This document shows, one piece after another, positions 58,654 through 64,000 of a DNA stretch of 64,000 nt (positions within the stretch are counted from its first letter, which is position 1; every line of letters begins with the position of its first letter). The notes under the pieces were generated by a model that ran no database searches, had not been told where the DNA came from, and saw nothing but the letters and a program-made list of their open reading frames with translations. The stretch lies in the IMG/VR virus record IMGVR_UViG_3300042526_000402, positions 71,861 through 135,860 of that record; one strand, 5' to 3'. A program made the translations under genes and the position numbers. This DNA is from a virus.

Positions 58654-61383
58654 CTATTCTTTTTTATCATATTTGTTCTTATTTTCTCTTGCAATTGCTA
58701 GTTGTTTATCTGCTATTTCTTTTTGAGCTTGTATTTTTTCTCTTTCAATTTGAGTTTTTGTAGAATCATTATTCATTCTATTTACTTCTTTTTCTCTTTG
58801 TAGATTCATTTGATCTTGGAATTCTTCAGACTGTTTGATATCCTTCATTGCATCTATATAATCAGATTGCATATTTTTATCAATATCAGTCATTGCTCCC
58901 ATACCAGCAGCTCTAATTTCAGCAACAAGAATATCTCTTTGTCTATTCTTCTCATCTCTTAATTCATTTGCATCAAGTTCCATTTTCTTTTGTCTTTCTT
59001 GAGACTCCATTTGTTGTTGTTGCATTTGTTGTTGTTGTTGTTGCTCTTCTTGCTTTTGTTTATTTTGTTTTTCTTCTGCAGCTTTAAGAGTATTGTTTAC
59101 TTCAGATACTGTATCTGCTTGTACAAGTTTTCCTAAATCATATATTGTAGCACCAGTAGTGTTATTAGTCATAGCCATTTGTTTTAATTGCTCTAGGACA
59201 GCTCTATGATTTGCTGTGGTACTGCAGAAGATATTAAGATCTCTCATTAATAAATCTGTACCATTTATTTCAAAGTTTACTTTCTCATCATCAGAAGTCA
59301 TATAAGAAAGTCTTGCTGATGGTTTTGTTGAGTGATAGTACTGTGCAAGGTCTGTTCTCATGGTATGCACGCGAGGCATTAAGTAATCACAGTGTTGCAT
59401 AAAGAATATTTCTGTCTGAGCATATGATGCTGAAGCAGCTTGCTCAACTCCAGTAGCAGTCATTTGTGATAACTGTTGACCCATCCTTTGAGGATTAACA
59501 CCAATTACATCATAAGCTTGTTGCTTAAAGTGCTCAGCTAATTTAATTCTTGACATCAACCTTTCTGTTTGTGAAAGATCTAGTTTTTGAAAATGTTGGA
59601 AGTTGAGTGGATTTTCTGTATTACTTATTGAGGTATCCAATGGAAGCATCTGGAAATTCTTCATTGCCACATATGCTTTTGCTAAGTTATTCTTACCCCA
59701 GTCTTCACCCATTGAGTGTCTTGGTAATGAATTTTGATCAAGTAGAATTACTGTTCCTAATTCATCAACTAGTATATCAGCAATCTGATTGTTTACAATG
59801 TTGTATCCAATCTGGTATGGCTTCATTAAATCTAACAAAGCTGTTGACTTAGTATTTCTATCAGAGAACACAGCTCCTTCTACCGGAAGCTTGCATCCAT
59901 ATAAACTATTATCTCCTTTAAATTGGAATCTTAATGGTCCAATATGGTTTTTATCTATACCTATATAAACTGGAGAGAATCCACCAGGATTATTCATACC
60001 CCAGAATGAAGGAATATTTGGTCCAATTTTTACACCACCCCAAACTTCATTAATCCAGATCCAGTCAATATGTTCCCCATACACAAGATTCTCTTTATTT
60101 TTATTCTTAAATAATCTTGTATCATATATTGGATTATCAGTTATCTTATAATCTTCAGTAATGATTTCATTAATAACTTCACCATTATCTTTAATTTTAG
60201 TTAAGTGTCCTACTTTTCTTTGAGACTTCCAATAACCTGTAGTTACTCTTAACAAGTAAGCTGTACCTTGATCATAATAATCTTCCCCTTCAGAAAGGAT
60301 TTGATTAATAATATCTCCACCATCATATACAGATCCTGCCATCATTGTAGTATACTGTCTGTATGCTAATGAAGGCATGTTAGTATTCCACTCATGTGAC
60401 TTAGTAGCATCATAGAATGTACCATCATTTTGACCCCCTATTGCATAACCTGCAGATCTAATTGGATAAATAGCTTCTAATGCTTCATGTTGTTCTGCTG
60501 TAAGAACATATCCGTACTTATCAATTACATCAGCAACAGTTAACATGTCTACTTTTCCAACCCAGTTACCTTGAGAAATATATCTTGCATCTGGAGATTT
60601 GTGATAAAAAGTAACAGGAGGATTCCATAATTCTACATCATAATCATCTTCCATCATACGGAAATGCCAGAACTCTCTGTCTGTAATAAGCATATCACGG
60701 AAACCTCTTTCTTCTAACTCATCCATATGGAATCTTTCTACGTCCACTTTATGTTGGTGAGAAGCCCATTGTTCTACAAGTGATTTGTAATCTTTCTTAA
60801 AGAACTGCTCAATCTGTGGTAATGTTTTTAAATTCTCAGGAGATAATTGTTGTTGTGCTTCAGGGGATTCTGGATTCATACCTTGCTCCATTAAAGCAGC
60901 TTGTATTTGAGTACTTGCTTCAGCCATTAATGTATCCTCTACCATCTTTCTTTTTTGCTCCATCATCTCATTGTATGAGAATTCATCAATAGCTCTGTAA
61001 GTAAGTTTGGTAGATCTTTTAGCAAATTCAGCTACAAGAACATTAATAACATTTGGAATGATTGGGTAAAATTTTAATTCTAAAGCAGACCAGTCTTCTC
61101 TAGTTAATACATCAACAATATCTTTCATTTCATTGTTTTCTTCAACTATATAATCTGACTTATCTATAATACCTTTAGCAAGCTTATAGTTTTTCATTAG
61201 TCTGCGCGCATTTCTGCGGATTTGTTTTAACCCATTCCATTCTAACCAATCAAGATTCCAAGCAGCCCACTCATCATCTTTTTCTTTTTTAGGAATAAAT
61301 TGCAACGGTTGAGTAATACTACCCATCCTATTATGAGAAGCCTTAGCTCCTTTTTTGAGCTGCATAGCGTTGAAAACCTGCAT
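58654..61383 (-). CDS. Portal protein
   Basis: 909 aa. FYPIIPNVINVLVAEFAKR, WIWINEVWGGVKIG, DLMKPYQIGYNIVNNQI and IGVNPQRMG motifs of crAss-like portals, with a Gln-rich C-terminal coiled coil. Confidence 0.9.
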   Translation of the reverse strand: MQVFNAMQLKKGAKASHNRMGSITQPLQFIPKKEKDDEWAAWNLDWLEWNGLKQIRRNARRLMKNYKLAKGIIDKSDYIVEENNEMKDIVDVLTREDWSALELKFYPIIPNVINVLVAEFAKRSTKLTYRAIDEFSYNEMMEQKRKMVEDTLMAEASTQIQAALMEQGMNPESPEAQQQLSPENLKTLPQIEQFFKKDYKSLVEQWASHQHKVDVERFHMDELEERGFRDMLITDREFWHFRMMEDDYDVELWNPPVTFYHKSPDARYISQGNWVGKVDMLTVADVIDKYGYVLTAEQHEALEAIYPIRSAGYAIGGQNDGTFYDATKSHEWNTNMPSLAYRQYTTMMAGSVYDGGDIINQILSEGEDYYDQGTAYLLRVTTGYWKSQRKVGHLTKIKDNGEVINEIITEDYKITDNPIYDTRLFKNKNKENLVYGEHIDWIWINEVWGGVKIGPNIPSFWGMNNPGGFSPVYIGIDKNHIGPLRFQFKGDNSLYGCKLPVEGAVFSDRNTKSTALLDLMKPYQIGYNIVNNQIADILVDELGTVILLDQNSLPRHSMGEDWGKNNLAKAYVAMKNFQMLPLDTSISNTENPLNFQHFQKLDLSQTERLMSRIKLAEHFKQQAYDVIGVNPQRMGQQLSQMTATGVEQAASASYAQTEIFFMQHCDYLMPRVHTMRTDLAQYYHSTKPSARLSYMTSDDEKVNFEINGTDLLMRDLNIFCSTTANHRAVLEQLKQMAMTNNTTGATIYDLGKLVQADTVSEVNNTLKAAEEKQNKQKQEEQQQQQQMQQQQMESQERQKKMELDANELRDEKNRQRDILVAEIRAAGMGAMTDIDKNMQSDYIDAMKDIKQSEEFQDQMNLQREKEVNRMNNDSTKTQIEREKIQAQKEIADKQLAIARENKNKYDKKE

Positions 61384-61384
61384 A

Positions 61385-62029
61385 TTATAAAAATTTTAAA
61401 TTAAATTTATTTACTTTAATAAGTCTTGTCATATGACTTGGGGATTTTCCAAAAACTTTTGCAACATCTTGTATAGAGTCATATATCACATTAGTTGCTA
61501 AATCTATAACTTTTTTCCTTGTTTTTGAATAAATTTTTTCCTTTTCTTCTTCTGACTTAACCCGTCCTTTTTGACTTTTACTGATTATATTTTTTTGTGT
61601 ATCTGATAATATTTTAGCATAATTAGGATTATTAAAACCTTTCATGCGCTGTGACATTTGCTCTCTTTTTTCTTTAGACCAAGTTTTTCCATACATAGGA
61701 TTTTTTACACCTTTTTTTGAATCAGATATTTTCTTTATTATTTGTTCAGCAGGTTGAAATAAACCCTCTCCTCCCATTGTTAAATTTGCAAGTTTTATAT
61801 TACATTTTCTATAAAAACTAATAAATTCTATTTCTTTTTGACAAGCTTCTCCCCATGTTAAATCATCCAACATTATGTCAATTGTGTAACTTGTTTTTTT
61901 AATTACATGTTTCCAATGTTGATTTCTGTTATGTTTTGAGTTAGCTCTTTTATAACTGTTATCAGAACCTATACCAATATAAAATGGTAAATTAGTATCC
62001 AACCTAATATGTCTATATAAATAAGGCAT
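61385..62029 (-). CDS. Free-standing GIY-YIG-type homing endonuclease with NUMOD3/NUMOD1 DNA-binding repeats
   Basis: 214 aa. YLYRH...FYIGIG...R, E-x-E-x-I, NLTMGGEG, NPMYGKTWS-type repeats, and a C-terminal IYDSIQDVAK helix-turn-helix. Confidence 0.8.
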   Translation of the reverse strand: MPYLYRHIRLDTNLPFYIGIGSDNSYKRANSKHNRNQHWKHVIKKTSYTIDIMLDDLTWGEACQKEIEFISFYRKCNIKLANLTMGGEGLFQPAEQIIKKISDSKKGVKNPMYGKTWSKEKREQMSQRMKGFNNPNYAKILSDTQKNIISKSQKGRVKSEEEKEKIYSKTRKKVIDLATNVIYDSIQDVAKVFGKSPSHMTRLIKVNKFNLKFL

Positions 62030-62031
62030 AA

Positions 62032-63999
62032 CTATCTTATATTTTTAAATGGAGATCTTTTTACATTTTGTCCTCCTGATGAACTACCTGCACTCCTACC
62101 CATGTGACGGAAAGGACTACTACTTAATTTATACAAATTTTCTGACTTTTGCAAGTTTTTAGCTGTATCATCCATGATAACTCTTTTACTATAACCTCTA
62201 TTAGCTTGCTGAATTCTCATGAAAGCAACCATTGCACAAAAAGCAACAAGTCTATCCACATTGACTCCATCTGAATATGCAGCCATTTCTTTTAACAACA
62301 TAATATCAGGTATTCTTTCAATACCGTATTTAGTTCTTACAATAGTACCATCAGATTTAGTTTCAACATCAAGTTCTTCTTTTGTGTACTCAATAGCATA
62401 ACTCAATAAGTGAGCTTTAAATAATGTTCCTGTATTCTTCCAACCATACTCCTGATACACTGAATTATTAGATCCCAGGTCTTTTAAGAACATTATTTGA
62501 CTTTTTGGTACTAAGTACTTCTGCTTCTTTCTAGAGATCATATACTGGATAAATAATGATATGTTATTCTCAATTACTGTCCAGGCATTATACCATTCAA
62601 TAATTGTCTCCAGTCTCTGATGTGTTTTGTTAATATCATCAAACCTTCCACACCAAGCAGCTACAATTTTATCTGGTTCTATGTATGTTTCAGTTTCTAT
62701 ACCCGTAACCTTTGTTACTTCTACAGGAGCTTTCATAATATAGATAGAACACAAAGATTCAGATGTTGTAGTTTTTCCCTCCGCAACCGGGTCAATACTA
62801 GCATAATACATACCAAAGCTAGGGTTCTCAACTGGTCTTTCCCATACTACAAGAACTCCTGTTTTATCTTCAGTATTTTTTGTAATTGGAAATTCTGTAA
62901 TTGGTCTTCTGTTACTATGTTCAGGAAGTATTTTTCCATTAGCATCTCTGCCTAATTCTAAGAATTCATATGCATATTCTTTATCTTCAATTCTTCTCTG
63001 CTGTGCTGTTACAAGATGCATTGGGAATTTAGATATAGTTCTGTTAGCAAAGGCTTCTTCAATATTTCTTGGGTGCTGAGAAATCCTTAACTGATATGTC
63101 TCTGGAGCAAGTTCTTTTTTCCATTTTTCAAACTGATCATCCAATGCTTCTAATGCTTCTTGTACTTTAGAATTCCCAAAGTTGTCAATATATGGAGGCA
63201 TAGACCATTGTTCAGGTATGAATAACCCGGATCTTCCTACAGAACCTTTATTATCTAGTAAGTCTGTTTCTACAGAATAGATATCATTTTCAGTTGGATA
63301 AAGAATCATTTTTCTCAATGGTTCACACTGAGATAAATCCCCTACAGATCCTGCAGCAATAAATACACCAGTAGTTGTTAAACCAGATCTCATGGCTGGA
63401 CGCATATACTCATAAGTATTATCCATCCTTGGAGCAATCCCGGCTTCCTCATGAAAGAAGTATTTTACCGGACCCCCTACACCATTTGTTGGATCTTTCT
63501 CAAATGACATACCTTGAATTGTACCTTTAAGACCTACTTCTGTTTTTCTATCCCCTCTTCTTACCTCAATCTTTTGTTGCCACATCATTACCTTGTCTGG
63601 AGACATTGGTCTATACCATGCTGTATGTTCATTAAGAAAAGCCGCGTACTCTTGTAAAAATTTCCAAGATCCTTTCTCATTAATGTAGTCTTTAAGACTA
63701 GCACCAATCTTTAGAGTAACCCCTTCTTCAAACCATTGTTGGTTAAGAAGCTTAGCCATGTGATAATAAGAAGAAGCTATCTGTCTTTTTTTAAGAATAG
63801 CAATATGATTATAGTTTAGTTCTGCTAGTATCTCATATAAAGCCATATGATACTGAGCATCCCGGATATCAGCAAAACCAAACTTTTGAATCTCTTTGTT
63901 AAAGATAGGTAGGAAGTTCAACCACATATAGTAGTCTCTGGTCATATACCAGACTTTACCTTTTTCTTTAATAAGAACACCTCTTCTGCATTTTGCTTT
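62032..63999 (-). CDS. terL: Terminase large subunit (5' end outside the window)
   Basis: Frame is open to the window edge (KAKCRRGVLIKEKGKVWYMTRDYY...). LKKRQIASSY Walker A-like, FFHEEAG Walker B, and YASIDPV and NVDRLVAF nuclease motifs. Confidence 0.92.
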   Translation of the reverse strand, partial: KAKCRRGVLIKEKGKVWYMTRDYYMWLNFLPIFNKEIQKFGFADIRDAQYHMALYEILAELNYNHIAILKKRQIASSYYHMAKLLNQQWFEEGVTLKIGASLKDYINEKGSWKFLQEYAAFLNEHTAWYRPMSPDKVMMWQQKIEVRRGDRKTEVGLKGTIQGMSFEKDPTNGVGGPVKYFFHEEAGIAPRMDNTYEYMRPAMRSGLTTTGVFIAAGSVGDLSQCEPLRKMILYPTENDIYSVETDLLDNKGSVGRSGLFIPEQWSMPPYIDNFGNSKVQEALEALDDQFEKWKKELAPETYQLRISQHPRNIEEAFANRTISKFPMHLVTAQQRRIEDKEYAYEFLELGRDANGKILPEHSNRRPITEFPITKNTEDKTGVLVVWERPVENPSFGMYYASIDPVAEGKTTTSESLCSIYIMKAPVEVTKVTGIETETYIEPDKIVAAWCGRFDDINKTHQRLETIIEWYNAWTVIENNISLFIQYMISRKKQKYLVPKSQIMFLKDLGSNNSVYQEYGWKNTGTLFKAHLLSYAIEYTKEELDVETKSDGTIVRTKYGIERIPDIMLLKEMAAYSDGVNVDRLVAFCAMVAFMRIQQANRGYSKRVIMDDTAKNLQKSENLYKLSSSPFRHMGRSAGSSSGGQNVKRSPFKNIR

Positions 64000-64000
64000 T

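Noticed and set aside
59010-59045. (CAA)n microsatellite as a contingency locus
   Set aside because: It is an in-frame poly-Gln stretch of the portal coiled coil, which is common in portals. Triplet slippage would not switch phase.
940-62955. All plus-strand ORFs and the short alternative-frame minus ORFs in the track
   Set aside because: They lie over long minus-strand genes, mostly start at TTG/GTG or arbitrary ATGs, and have the Ser/Leu/Phe-rich composition of antisense shadows.
61385-63999. Group I intron in terL or portal hosting the endonuclease
   Set aside because: Both flanking genes appear complete at the junctions and there is no non-coding space.
1-64000. Stop-codon reassignment (TAG or TGA), known in some Crassvirales
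   Set aside because: Genes are uninterrupted under code 11. TAG ends the portal, terL and small genes, and TGA ends the IHF-like gene in an ATGA overlap.
1-64000. CRISPR array, tRNA genes, diversity-generating retroelement or invertible fibre cassettes
   Set aside because: Intergenic gaps are all about 110 nt or shorter. I saw no spaced repeat arrays, cloverleafs, reverse transcriptase, recombinase or inverted genes.
1-64000. Apparent scarcity of CG dinucleotides as restriction-site avoidance
   Set aside because: It cannot be separated by eye from low GC content and AGA-biased codon use. It needs an observed/expected k-mer calculation.

Overview
The window is a 64-kb, AT-rich, gene-dense segment of a crAss-like bacteriophage (Crassvirales-type). 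All credible genes are on the minus strand and use the standard code. In transcription order (right to left) it carries: terminase large subunit (cut by the window edge), a free-standing GIY-YIG/NUMOD homing endonuclease, portal, putative scaffold, major capsid protein and a conserved capsid-module protein. These are followed by six tiny mostly basic proteins, a ring-type protein, a Dps/ferritin-like protein, an auxiliary-capsid-like protein, a Cys-rich paralogous fibre array with SprB-like Ig domains, an IHF/HU-like protein, two tail ring proteins and the muzzle. Last come the giant cargo/ejection proteins (2241, 945, 910, 1051, 2647 aa), the 3466-aa virion RNA polymerase (DFDIDK) and the start of a further large gene. 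The lack of Shine-Dalgarno sites and a TAnnTTTG promoter suggest a Bacteroidota host. The most notable unexplained signals are: (1) the only cysteines of the last giant ejected proteins sit at their extreme termini, in a C-term/N-term matching order that suggests a head-to-tail disulfide chain; (2) cargo proteins are built from modules delimited by a recurring hydrophobic-x-x-GG motif plus a shared acidic 22-aa repeat; (3) in-frame domain cassettes (a P-loop kinase and an unknown domain) are inserted in the ejected proteins; (4) a 3'UTR hairpin has a loop exactly complementary to the translation-initiation regions of two capsid-module genes. Product calls rest on motifs recognised by eye and on synteny; no database search was run.
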